Source of the DNA: Myxococcales bacterium
Lineage (GTDB): Bacteria > Myxococcota_A > Polyangia > Haliangiales > Haliangiaceae
Assembly (NCBI GenBank): GCA_016707895.1
Contig: JADJGV010000002.1
Span: 463,695 to 527,694, forward strand
Length of the DNA stretch: 64,000 bases
Direction of reading: 5' to 3'
Numbering within the stretch: position 1 is the stretch's first letter; each line of letters starts with the position of its first letter. The notes beneath the pieces were generated by a model, which saw only the letters and a list, made by a program, of their open reading frames with translations, had not been told where the DNA came from and searched no databases. Position numbers and translations under genes: made by a program. This document shows positions 7,968-18,457 of this stretch, one piece after another.

Positions 7968-10166
7968 TCAGCGCCGCTGCCGCCAGTCGGGATCGCGCCA
8001 GGCCCGCCACAGCGACGGCTGGGCGAACAGGTTCCCTGGTAGGCCGCGCACGTAGGGGCGCTGCAGGCGCTTCTGCGTGTAGACGAACATCGGGATGATC
8101 GGCGCCTCGTCGACCAGGATCGCCTCGGCGGCGCGGACCTTGGCCAGCCGCGCGGCCGGGTCGGTCATCTGGGCCGCCTCGTCGAGCAGCGCGTCGAACG
8201 CCGGGTTGCACCAGGCCGGGCGGTTGTTGGGGCTGCCACAGCGCCAGATGCGCACGAACTCGACCTCGGGATCGGGCGCGGTGCCGATCCAGCCGAGCCG
8301 CGCCACCTGGTACTCGAGCTGCCGGGTGTCGTTCAGGAACACCTGCCACTCCTGCTGCTCGAGCCGCACGCCGATGTGCAGCACGTCCTGCCACTGCGCC
8401 TGGATGTACTCGCTGATCAGCTTGTGGGCCTCGAAGCCGATGTTGAACTTGTAGACGATCTCCTTCGGGAAGCGATCGCCCATCTCGGCCTTGGCCTGGG
8501 CCAGCTCGGCCCGCGCGCGCGCCGGATCGAACTCGAGGCCGGGCGGCGGCACGTAGCAGAGCTTGCCGCGCTCGATCACCAGCGCGACGCCGGGCGTCGA
8601 CCGCGTGACGCCGCACGCGCGCAGATCCTCGTCGGACAGGCTGGCGATCGGGGTGCCCGGCGTGTAGCTCGCGACGCCGATCTCGCCGCCGCGCAGGAAG
8701 CCGGCGATGCGCGAGCGATCGAGCGCCAGCGTCAGCGCCCGCCGCAGGTGGACGTTGTCGAAGCGCTTGGTGTTGACCACCGCGAAGTAGGTGCCCAGGT
8801 ACGGCGCGACGGTGTAGTCGCGGTACGGCTTGCCGTGGTTGCCGGTCGACAGCGCCGCCAGGTACGACTGCGGGATGTTGTTGGCGGCCAGCGCGTCGCA
8901 CACGCCGGTGAAGTAGAGGTTGGCGCTGGCCGCCTGCTCGTCGATCGACAGCACGGTCAGGCGGTCGAGCTTGACCTCGGCGGGGTCGCGGTAGGTCGGC
9001 GAGCGCACCAGCGTCAGGTGATCGCGCGGCGCGTGCTCGGCCAGCCGCATCGGCCCCGATGACACGATCGTCGCCGGCGCGGTCCAGGTGCGCGGGTGGC
9101 GCGACACCGCGGCGCGCGGGGTCGGCCGCATCGCCCGCGACGCGCCGGTCGCGACGATCGACGGCGTCGGATCGCTGGCCTCGACCACCAGCGTCTGGGC
9201 GTCGAGGACGCGGACGCCGAGCACCTCCGGGAGCATCAGCAGGTCGGCGTTGGTGACCTCGACCTCGGCGCGCGGGCGCGCGGCGTCGGCCTGCAGGTCG
9301 GCCCACGCGCCGTCGCGGCCGGGCACGTGCTTGGCGGCCACCGGCGCCACGCGCACGCGGTGCTCGGCGGTGGGCGCGCCGTCGAGCTCGTCGGCCGGCA
9401 CCCAGCCGTAGACGCCGAGGCCGTGATCCCAGTGGACGTAGGCCCAGGTCCGGGCGTCGGGGTTGGGCAGCGTCGCGGGGCGGCCGCTCAGCTCGATGAT
9501 CGTGACCGCGGCGCGGGGCGGCACGGTGGCGTAGGCGGCGCCCGCGTCGGCGCCGAGATCGCGCAGCCGCAGCGGGCGGCTCGCGGTGCGCTGGTTGGGA
9601 TCGGGCGGCGCGGCGTCGCCCCAGTCGGCCAGCGGCTTGCCGTCGACCGCGACGACCTCGACGATCGTGCCGGCCGGCAGCCCGCCGGCGTCGCGCACCA
9701 GCACCCGCGCGCGGTTCTCGAGGTACGCGAGGTTGTTCTTCAGCCAGTCGAGCGAGTCGGCGTTGACCGACGCCGTCAGCGGGTGCAGCACGCGCACGAG
9801 CTGGTAGGCGACGTCGTAGGCCGTGAGCGGGCGGCCGTCGCTCCACCGCGCCTCGGGCCGCAGGTGGAACGTCACCCGGCGCTGATCGGGCGCGACCTCC
9901 CACCGGCTGGCCAGCCCCGCGACCGGCAGGCCGTCGTCGCCGAACACCAGCAGGCCATCGAACAGCGCGTACATGATCGGCGTGACCGTCGTCGACTGGC
10001 CCTCGGCCGGGTCGAGGCTGTCGGGCTCGCCGCTGTTGCACCAGGTCAGCGTGTGCGGGTCGTCGACCGCGGGCACCTTGCCGAAGTACTCGCTGTCGGG
10101 CAGGCCGCAGCCGATGGCGGCGGCCGTAGCGAGCGCGGCGAGCGTGGTAAGGTGGCGGCGCGTCAT
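7968..10166 (-). CDS. ABC transporter substrate-binding lipoprotein, family 5 (peptide/nickel, OppA/DppA-like) with a large insertion
   Basis: ORF 7968..10268; internal start MTRRHLTTLAALATAAAIGC (lipobox). SBP_bac_5-like N- and C-terminal regions (...PDSLDPA..., ...YTQKRLQRPYVRGL...) flank about 250 aa of extra sequence. Confidence 0.8.
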   Translation of the reverse strand: MTRRHLTTLAALATAAAIGCGLPDSEYFGKVPAVDDPHTLTWCNSGEPDSLDPAEGQSTTVTPIMYALFDGLLVFGDDGLPVAGLASRWEVAPDQRRVTFHLRPEARWSDGRPLTAYDVAYQLVRVLHPLTASVNADSLDWLKNNLAYLENRARVLVRDAGGLPAGTIVEVVAVDGKPLADWGDAAPPDPNQRTASRPLRLRDLGADAGAAYATVPPRAAVTIIELSGRPATLPNPDARTWAYVHWDHGLGVYGWVPADELDGAPTAEHRVRVAPVAAKHVPGRDGAWADLQADAARPRAEVEVTNADLLMLPEVLGVRVLDAQTLVVEASDPTPSIVATGASRAMRPTPRAAVSRHPRTWTAPATIVSSGPMRLAEHAPRDHLTLVRSPTYRDPAEVKLDRLTVLSIDEQAASANLYFTGVCDALAANNIPQSYLAALSTGNHGKPYRDYTVAPYLGTYFAVVNTKRFDNVHLRRALTLALDRSRIAGFLRGGEIGVASYTPGTPIASLSDEDLRACGVTRSTPGVALVIERGKLCYVPPPGLEFDPARARAELAQAKAEMGDRFPKEIVYKFNIGFEAHKLISEYIQAQWQDVLHIGVRLEQQEWQVFLNDTRQLEYQVARLGWIGTAPDPEVEFVRIWRCGSPNNRPAWCNPAFDALLDEAAQMTDPAARLAKVRAAEAILVDEAPIIPMFVYTQKRLQRPYVRGLPGNLFAQPSLWRAWRDPDWRQRR

Positions 10167-10386
10167 GGACGAGTTTCGTTGTCCCCGCTGCGGGAGCTTC
10201 GCCGCCGAGCGCTCGGAGTCGCGGTTCGCGGCCTTCACCATGGTCGAGATGAACTGCCGCGGATGCAAGCTCTACGAGGAGCGACGCAGCGACGCCGCCG
10301 ACTTCGCCGCGTTCAAGGACCGCTGGCGGGGCCGGCCGCAGATCCCGATCTACGACTACTACGACGACCTGGTCGACGTCGACTGA
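10165..10386 (+). CDS. Small zinc-ribbon protein (73 aa)
   Basis: M65 of ORF 9973..10386: MDEFRCPRCGSF...MNCRGCKLYEE, a CxxC...CxxC motif. Stop overlaps the start of the next gene (TGATG). Confidence 0.5.
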   Translation: MDEFRCPRCGSFAAERSESRFAAFTMVEMNCRGCKLYEERRSDAADFAAFKDRWRGRPQIPIYDYYDDLVDVD

Positions 10387-11243
10387 TGCCCGCCGGCGAG
10401 CGAGGCGGCCGCGCGCAGGCCGTGGCGACGCTGGTCGCGGTGGGCCTCCTGTGGTCGACCGCCGGCGCGCTGATCAAGTACGTCACCTGGCCGCCGGCGG
10501 CGATCTGGGGGCTGCGCTCGGCGATCGCCGCCGCGGCGCTGATCGCGATCTACCGGCCGTCGTGGCGCGGCCTGACCCGCACCGAGTGGCTGTCGGCGGT
10601 GGCGCTGGCGGCGACCACCGGGCTGTTCGTGCTGGCCAACAAGTGGACCACCGCCGCCAACGCGATCTTGATCCAGTACTCGGCGCCGGCCTGGGCCGCG
10701 CTGCTGTCGGCGGTGATCCTGCACGAGCGGGCGTCCCGCATCGACTGGGTGACGATCGGCCTGGCGCTGTGCGGCGTCGCGCTGTTCTTCGTCGACCAGC
10801 TGTCGCTCGCGCACGTGCGCGGCAACGTCGTGGCGCTGGCGGCCGGCGTGATGTTCGCGACCAACGTCGTGCTCCTGCGCAAGATCGCCCGCGACCCGGA
10901 GGGCCGGGGCAGCGCGCTCAGAGCGATGATCCTCGGCCACGTGCTGGCGGCGGTGGCCGGCCTGCCGTTCGCGCTGACCGCGCCGGCGCTGCCGGCCAGC
11001 GGGTGGGGCGCGATGGTGGCGCTGGGGCTCCTGCAGCAGACCGCGCCGACGATCCTCTACGCGTGGGCGATCCGTCGGGTCACCGCCGTCGAGGGCCTGC
11101 TGATCCCGATCGTCGAGCCGATCGTCTCGCCGCTGTGGGTGTGGATCCTGTTCGCCGAGCGCCCCGGGGCGTGGGCGCTGGTCGGCGGCGCGGTGGTGGT
11201 GGCGGCGGTGACGCTGCGCGGGCTGGCGCCGTCGCGGGGCTGA
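10386..11243 (+). CDS. EamA/DMT-family transporter
   Basis: 285 aa with about 10 TM helices and two EamA-like halves; only this portion of ORF 9096..11243 is protein-like (upstream part is antisense to the SBP gene). Confidence 0.8.
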   Translation: MPAGERGGRAQAVATLVAVGLLWSTAGALIKYVTWPPAAIWGLRSAIAAAALIAIYRPSWRGLTRTEWLSAVALAATTGLFVLANKWTTAANAILIQYSAPAWAALLSAVILHERASRIDWVTIGLALCGVALFFVDQLSLAHVRGNVVALAAGVMFATNVVLLRKIARDPEGRGSALRAMILGHVLAAVAGLPFALTAPALPASGWGAMVALGLLQQTAPTILYAWAIRRVTAVEGLLIPIVEPIVSPLWVWILFAERPGAWALVGGAVVVAAVTLRGLAPSRG

Positions 11244-11267
11244 CCGCGATCGGGCTACACTGCGGGC

Positions 11268-12590
11268 GTGCGCCGCCTGGGTAACGCCGTCCACATCGTG
11301 TGGGTCGGCATCGTCGTCTTCTGGTTCCTCGTCGCCTACGGGCTGGTGCGGCTGGGGCTGCTGATCGGCCTGTGCTGGAGCGGCGCGCGCCGCCGCCGGG
11401 TGGTGGCGCGGTGGAACGGCTGGGCGCTGCGCACGCTGCTGGAGCTGCTCGGCGCGTCGTTCATCAAGATGGGCCAGGTGATGAGCACCCGGCCCGATCT
11501 GTTCGCGGCCGAGACCATCGCGCAGCTCAAGCACCTGCAGGACCGGCTGCCGGCGTTCGCCTTCGCCAAGGTGCGGCGGATCGTCGAGGAGGACACCGGC
11601 AAGCCGCTCGAGGACACCTACGCCGAGTTCGATCAGCAGCCGGTGGCGGCGGCGTCGGTGGCGCAGGTCCACCGCGCCCGCCTGCGCGACGGCCGCGAGG
11701 TCGCGGTCAAGGTGCTGCGGCCCAACGTGCGGCGCCAGGTCGAGCGCGACGCGTCGCTCTTGATGCTGGGGGCCAAGGTCATCGCGCTGCACCCGCGGCT
11801 CAAGCGCAGCGATCCCGTCGGCCACACCAAGCACTTCGTCGACGCGATCCACGACCAGACCGACCTGCGCATCGAGGCCACGAACTACCGCCGCTTCCAC
11901 GACAACTTCGCCAGCTGGACCACGGTGAAGTTCCCCGAGGTGCTGGCGCCGTCGACCGAGCGGATCCTGACGATGGAGTTCATCCGCGGCACCAAGATCG
12001 ACGCCCAGCCCGAGGCGCGCAAGCTGCCGCTGGCCGAGGTGGTGCGGCGGTGCATGTTCCAGATGTGCTTCGACGACGGCTTCCTGCACGCCGACATGCA
12101 CCCCGGCAACATGCTGGTCGACGACGAGGGCCGGCTGGTGCTGTTCGACGTCGGCCTGGCCAAGCACCTGCACGAGGACGTGCTGATCCAGTTCATCGAC
12201 ATGGGCAAGTGCCTGACGATGGGTACGCCCGGCGATCTGGTCGGGCACCTGCGCCGGTTCCACACGTACATGGGCGACGTCGACTGGGACGCGCTGTCCA
12301 AGGACGTCGAGGTGTTCGCGACCAAGTTCCGCGGCCAGAACGCCGCCGAGCTCGACTACGGCACGCTGTTCAACGAGATGTTCGCGATCGGGCGCCGCTA
12401 CCACGTGCGCCCGGTGACCGACATGACGCTGGTGCTGGTGGCGATGGTGACGTCGCAGGGCATCGGCCAGATGCTCGACCCGCACGTCGACGTGTTCGCC
12501 CACGTCGCGCGCCACCTGGTGCCGATCTTGATGAAGCGCAACGAGCGGGTGCCCGAGACCGCCGCGGCGCGCGCCGCCGCGGGGCAGTGA
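11268..12590 (+). CDS. ABC1/UbiB-family atypical protein kinase
   Basis: 440 aa; N-terminal TM helix, ABC1/ADCK signature region (...AAASVAQVHRARLRDGREVAVKVLRPNV...LHADMHPGNMLV...). Confidence 0.85.
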   Translation: MRRLGNAVHIVWVGIVVFWFLVAYGLVRLGLLIGLCWSGARRRRVVARWNGWALRTLLELLGASFIKMGQVMSTRPDLFAAETIAQLKHLQDRLPAFAFAKVRRIVEEDTGKPLEDTYAEFDQQPVAAASVAQVHRARLRDGREVAVKVLRPNVRRQVERDASLLMLGAKVIALHPRLKRSDPVGHTKHFVDAIHDQTDLRIEATNYRRFHDNFASWTTVKFPEVLAPSTERILTMEFIRGTKIDAQPEARKLPLAEVVRRCMFQMCFDDGFLHADMHPGNMLVDDEGRLVLFDVGLAKHLHEDVLIQFIDMGKCLTMGTPGDLVGHLRRFHTYMGDVDWDALSKDVEVFATKFRGQNAAELDYGTLFNEMFAIGRRYHVRPVTDMTLVLVAMVTSQGIGQMLDPHVDVFAHVARHLVPILMKRNERVPETAAARAAAGQ

Positions 12591-12602
12591 TACCGTCGGC
12601 GG

Positions 12603-13217
12603 ATGCAGCCGCCTGGTCCGCCTGGTCCGCCCGCTGGTCCGCCGCCGCCGGGGTATCCGCCGCCGGGGTATCCGCCGCCGGGGTATCCGCCGCCGCCGCC
12701 GGGGTACGGCTATCCGCCGCCGCCGCGCAAGGCTTCCCTGCTGTGGCTCTGGATCCTGCTCGGCGTTCTCGGCGGGCTGATGGTGGTCGGCATCCTGGCC
12801 GCGATCGCGATCCCGTCGTTCATGAAGTACCAGCAGAAGTCGAAGCGTAGCGAGGCCGAGCTCAACCTCAACGCCATCGAGAAGGCGGCGAACATGGTCT
12901 ACGCCGAGACCGCCGCGTTCCCGCCCGGCACGGCGGGGCGGACGCCCGCGACGTCGTGCTGCGCCGACCCGACGCGGCGGTGCCAGCCCGATCCGATCGC
13001 GTGGCAGGGCGAGCCGTGGGCCACGCTCGACTTCGAGATGGTCTCGCCGCACTTCTTCCAGTATACGTACGCCGGCGCCGCCGACGGTCAGAGCTTCACG
13101 GCGACGGCGATCGGGGACCTCGACTGCGACGGCAACGAGGTCGTCTACACGCTGGTCGGGCGCGTCGTCGGGGGCAGCCCGTCGTTCGAGCTGGTGCCGC
13201 CCACCGGCCGGGACTGA
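12603..13217 (+). CDS. Pilin-like bitopic membrane protein with PPGY-rich N-terminal tail (paralog 1 of 3)
   Basis: N-terminus MQPPGPPGPP...GYPPPGYPPPGYPPPPPGYGYPPPPRK, TM LLWLWILLGVLGGLMVVGILAAIAIPSF, which matches the type IV pilin alpha1 core (ILAAIAIPxF) but lacks the G|F(T/S)LIE prepilin-peptidase site. Cys pairs CC..C and DLDCDG. Confidence 0.75.
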   Translation: MQPPGPPGPPAGPPPPGYPPPGYPPPGYPPPPPGYGYPPPPRKASLLWLWILLGVLGGLMVVGILAAIAIPSFMKYQQKSKRSEAELNLNAIEKAANMVYAETAAFPPGTAGRTPATSCCADPTRRCQPDPIAWQGEPWATLDFEMVSPHFFQYTYAGAADGQSFTATAIGDLDCDGNEVVYTLVGRVVGGSPSFELVPPTGRD

Positions 13218-13250
13218 GCCGCGCCGCGGGCGCGATGTTACGCTCGCGCG

Positions 13251-13853
13251 ATGCAGCCACCTCCTCCAGGCGCGCCGCCGGGCGGCTATCCACCGCCGGG
13301 CTATCCACCGCCGGGGTATCCGCCGCCGCCGGGCTACGGCTATCCGCCGCCGCCCCGGAAGCGGTCGCTCTTGTGGCTGTGGATCGTGCTCGGCGTGGTC
13401 GGCGCCGGCCTGGTGATGGTCGCGATCCTGGCGGCGGTCGTGGTGCCCAAGGCCGACGAGTACGTGGAGCGGTCCAAGCGCATCGAGGCCGAGCTCAACC
13501 TCCACGCGATCGGCAGGGGCGCGAAGGTCGGCTACGAGGAGACCGGCCGCTTCCCCGAGGGCGACGCCGCGTTGACGCCGGCCGCCTCGTGCTGCGAGGG
13601 GCCGAACCACAAGTGCGCGCCCGACCCGGCGCTGTGGCGCGGCGAGCCGTGGGAGTCGATGTACTTCGAGATGAACCGGCCGCACTACTTCCGGTACTCG
13701 TACCGCGCGTCGGCCGACGGCCAGAGCTTCACCGCCACCGCCGTGGGCGACCTCGACTGCGACGGCGAGGAGGTGGTGTTCACGGTCACCGGCACCGCCG
13801 TCGGCGGCAATCCGGAGCTGTCGGAGGTCGTGCGGCCGACCAACCGCGACTGA
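13251..13853 (+). CDS. Pilin-like bitopic membrane protein with PPGY-rich N-terminal tail (paralog 2 of 3)
   Basis: 200 aa with the same architecture (PPGYPPPGYPPPGYPPPPGYGYPPPP, LLWLWIVLGVVGAGLVMVAILAAVVVP, ASCCEGPNHKCAPDPALW, DLDCDGEE). Confidence 0.75.
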   Translation: MQPPPPGAPPGGYPPPGYPPPGYPPPPGYGYPPPPRKRSLLWLWIVLGVVGAGLVMVAILAAVVVPKADEYVERSKRIEAELNLHAIGRGAKVGYEETGRFPEGDAALTPAASCCEGPNHKCAPDPALWRGEPWESMYFEMNRPHYFRYSYRASADGQSFTATAVGDLDCDGEEVVFTVTGTAVGGNPELSEVVRPTNRD

Positions 13854-13885
13854 GCCGGCGGCGGGCCGCGTGGTAGCGTTCGCGC

Positions 13886-14464
13886 GTGCAGCCAGGGCCG
13901 CCACCGTCGCCGTCGGGGTATCCGCCACCGGGCTACTACCCGGGGTATCCGCCGCCCGGCGGTCCGCCGCGACGGTCGTCGCTGCTGTGGCTGTGGATCA
14001 CGCTGGGCGTCGTCGGCGCGGTGGCCGTGATCGGCGTGCTGGCCGCGATCGCGATCCCGTCGTTCGTCAACTACCAGCGCAAGGCCAAGGCCGTCGAGGC
14101 CGAGCTCGAGCTGCGGCGGATCGGCCACGCGGCGATCATGTACTTCGACGAGCACGGCCGGTTCCCCGCGGCCGCGGCCGGCCCGACGCCGGCGACGCCG
14201 TGCTGCGCCGGACCTGACCACAAGTGCGCGTCGGTCATCGACGACTGGGCCGCCGAGCCGTGGCGGACCCTCGGCGTCACGATGCTCGAGCCGCACCGCT
14301 ACCAGTACACGTTCACGCCGGGCGCCGATGGCAGCTCGTTCACGGCGACGGCGATCGGCGACCTCGACTGCGACGGCGACGCGTCGGTGTTCACGCTGAC
14401 CGGCACCGCGGTCGGCGGGGCGGCCCGGCTCGACGAGGTGGTCCGGCCCGCGCACATCGACTGA
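13886..14464 (+). CDS. Pilin-like bitopic membrane protein with PPGY-rich N-terminal tail (paralog 3 of 3)
   Basis: 192 aa; GTG start. PSGYPPPGYYPGYPPPGGPP, LLWLWITLGVVGAVAVIGVLAAIAIPSF, ATPCCAGPDHKCASVIDDW, DLDCDGDASV. Confidence 0.75.
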   Translation: MQPGPPPSPSGYPPPGYYPGYPPPGGPPRRSSLLWLWITLGVVGAVAVIGVLAAIAIPSFVNYQRKAKAVEAELELRRIGHAAIMYFDEHGRFPAAAAGPTPATPCCAGPDHKCASVIDDWAAEPWRTLGVTMLEPHRYQYTFTPGADGSSFTATAIGDLDCDGDASVFTLTGTAVGGAARLDEVVRPAHID

Positions 14465-14530
14465 GCGCGACAGGTGCGACCGGCCGCGACGGCTTGACGC
14501 CGACCCGGCCGGGCCGCTAAGCCCGACGGC

Positions 14531-16594
<2,064 letters not shown>

Positions 16595-16620
16595 TATCGC
16601 TCGCGAATTCGCTCGCCGTG

Positions 16621-16640
16621 CGTCGCAGGAAGGGACACTT
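16621..16640. repeat. REP-like inverted repeat copy 1 (ggAAGGGACACTTTCCcacg)
   Basis: Reverse complement of the copy at 17414-17433; lies just outside the tnpA_REP stop. Confidence 0.7.
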
Positions 16641-16663
16641 TCCCACGCCGTAGCGCGGCGAAA

Positions 16664-17338
16664 CTACTCCGCTTTTGGGAGCCAAAGCGGCTCCCCGTCC
16701 CGCGCGGAGGTCCCGTCCGGCCGCTCCACGCGAAGCCGATAGCGCGGGGCTCGAGCGGAGCCTGGCTCCGTGCTGCTCGCTCGCACGTGCGCGGCGACCG
16801 TTTCGCAGTAGCGCGTCGCGCGCTCAGCGGTCGTCGCGCCCAGCGCGAGGTACCACGCGCTCGGGGTCCACAGGTCGCGCGGGACCATCGACGTGCGCCC
16901 GGCGTGCAGCGGTCCCGTGGACCAGAGGTGGCCGAGCGGGTCGGTGACGACGCCAGCACGATACGCGTTGACGTCGTTGTAGATGGTCGCCGTCGCCAGG
17001 TAGGCGTCGTCGAGGATCGGCTTGGAGTGAAACCGCTCCTCGAACAACTTGCCGGTGGCGTCGCGCGCGTGGTTGCGGACCTGAGCGTAGCGAAGGCAGG
17101 TCCGATGGATCAATACGCGCAACGCATCGGGGCCGGGCGGGACCGCGATCATGTGCACGTGGTTCTCCATCAGCGTGAGCTGATGCAGGCGGCTCGCGCT
17201 CGTCTCCAGGCCACGTGCCAGGCATCCGATGAAGCGCGTGCGATCGGCGTTCGTCGAGAACAGGCGACGACGGTTGTTGCCGCGCAGGTAGATGTGATGA
17301 GGGACGTTGGGGATCACCAGGCGCGCTTGTCGGGGCAT
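16664..17338 (-). CDS. REP-associated tyrosine transposase (RAYT; IS200/IS605-like Y1 HUH transposase)
   Basis: Internal start M39 of ORF 16664..17452 (MPRQARLVIPNVPHHIYLRGNNRRRLF...), HUH motif HVHMIAV, catalytic Tyr region ATIYNDVNAYRAG. Confidence 0.75.
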   Translation of the reverse strand: MPRQARLVIPNVPHHIYLRGNNRRRLFSTNADRTRFIGCLARGLETSASRLHQLTLMENHVHMIAVPPGPDALRVLIHRTCLRYAQVRNHARDATGKLFEERFHSKPILDDAYLATATIYNDVNAYRAGVVTDPLGHLWSTGPLHAGRTSMVPRDLWTPSAWYLALGATTAERATRYCETVAAHVRASSTEPGSARAPRYRLRVERPDGTSARDGEPLWLPKAE

Positions 17339-17413
17339 GACGCGGGTTTCGGCCGCTTGCATCTGCGGTTGCCATTCGCGCGAGAAGCTCTGGAACCCAG
17401 TGATCTTAGGAGC

Positions 17414-17433
17414 TTGGCTGGATGGAAAGTGTC
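17414..17433. repeat. REP-like inverted repeat copy 2 (gatGGAAAGTGTCCCTTTtc)
   Basis: 14-nt core is the exact reverse complement of 16623-16636; lies upstream of the tnpA_REP start. Confidence 0.7.
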
Positions 17434-17480
17434 CCTTTTCGGAACGCAACACGCCAAAAAAACGTAGCGATCGTCTGATC

Positions 17481-18344
17481 TTAGGAGGGGGGATCCTGTC
17501 CCAACACGGGCAGGGCCTTGGCGTGGCGGGGGCGGGGGGCGGGGGCGACGGAGGGGCGCAGGTCGGGGGCGCGCTCGGCCCAGGCGCGGGCGACGTCGGG
17601 GTCGAGGAGGTGGGAGGGGCGGACGTTGCGGAGGGCGTTGGCCATGATGGCGCGGACGTGGGGGTTGGTCTGCTCGAGCTGGGCGAGCAGGGCGGTCATG
17701 GCGTCGCGCTGGAGGCCGTCTTGGCTGCCGCACAGGTTGCACGGGATGATCGGGAAGGCGAGCTCGGCGGCGAGGGTGGCGATGTCGCGCTCGGGGCACT
17801 CGATCAGCGGGCGGATGACGTCGAAGCGATCGTCGTCGGTGCGGTAGCGGGCGGGCATGGCTTGCAGCTTGCCGCTGTAGAAGAGGTTCAGCAGGAACGT
17901 CTCGAGCGAGTCGTCGCGGTGGTGGCCGAGCGCGATCTTGTTGCAGCCGAGGCGCTCGGCGGCGGTGTACAGGATGCCGCGGCGCAGGCGCGAGCACAGC
18001 GAGCAGTAGGTCTGCGAGGCGTCGAGGCGATCGGTGACGACCGAGTAGGTGTCCTCGCGCAGGATCTCGAAGCGCTGGCCGCTGGCCTCGAGGAACGCGC
18101 GCAGCGGGGCGCCGTCGTAGCCGGGCTGCACCTGGTCGAGGTGCACCGCGACGAGCTCGATCGCGAACGGCAGCCGCGGCGCCAGCTTGGTCAGCAGGTG
18201 GAACATCACGTAGCTGTCCTTGCCGCCGGACATCGCGACCATGATGCGATCGCCTGGCGCGAGCAGCTGGTAGCCCTCGCAGGTGCCCTTGACCTGGCGG
18301 TAGAGCAGCTTCTCGAGGCGGCGGAGCTCGGACATCGGCGGCAT
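17481..18344 (-). CDS. ttcA: tRNA 2-thiocytidine(32) synthetase TtcA
   Basis: 287 aa; PP-loop SGGKDS and CxxC motifs (CSLCSRLRRG, CNLCGSQ). C-terminal 7 codons are encoded by the right terminal IR of the RAYT element. Confidence 0.85.
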   Translation of the reverse strand: MPPMSELRRLEKLLYRQVKGTCEGYQLLAPGDRIMVAMSGGKDSYVMFHLLTKLAPRLPFAIELVAVHLDQVQPGYDGAPLRAFLEASGQRFEILREDTYSVVTDRLDASQTYCSLCSRLRRGILYTAAERLGCNKIALGHHRDDSLETFLLNLFYSGKLQAMPARYRTDDDRFDVIRPLIECPERDIATLAAELAFPIIPCNLCGSQDGLQRDAMTALLAQLEQTNPHVRAIMANALRNVRPSHLLDPDVARAWAERAPDLRPSVAPAPRPRHAKALPVLGQDPPS

Positions 18345-18457
18345 CCTACGGAGCGGTCGTCCCGACGCAAGGCCGATCGTGACCGGCGCACGAAATCGCG
18401 GCCTTCCCGGCCTTCGCGGTTGCGGCGCGGCGAGCCCCCCGCGTACGCTGCTCCGTC

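Noticed and set aside
9096-11243. 715-aa ORF treated as one gene
   Set aside because: Only the last 285 aa (EamA transporter, from ATG 10386) are protein-like; the upstream 430 aa are the antisense shadow of the SBP gene.
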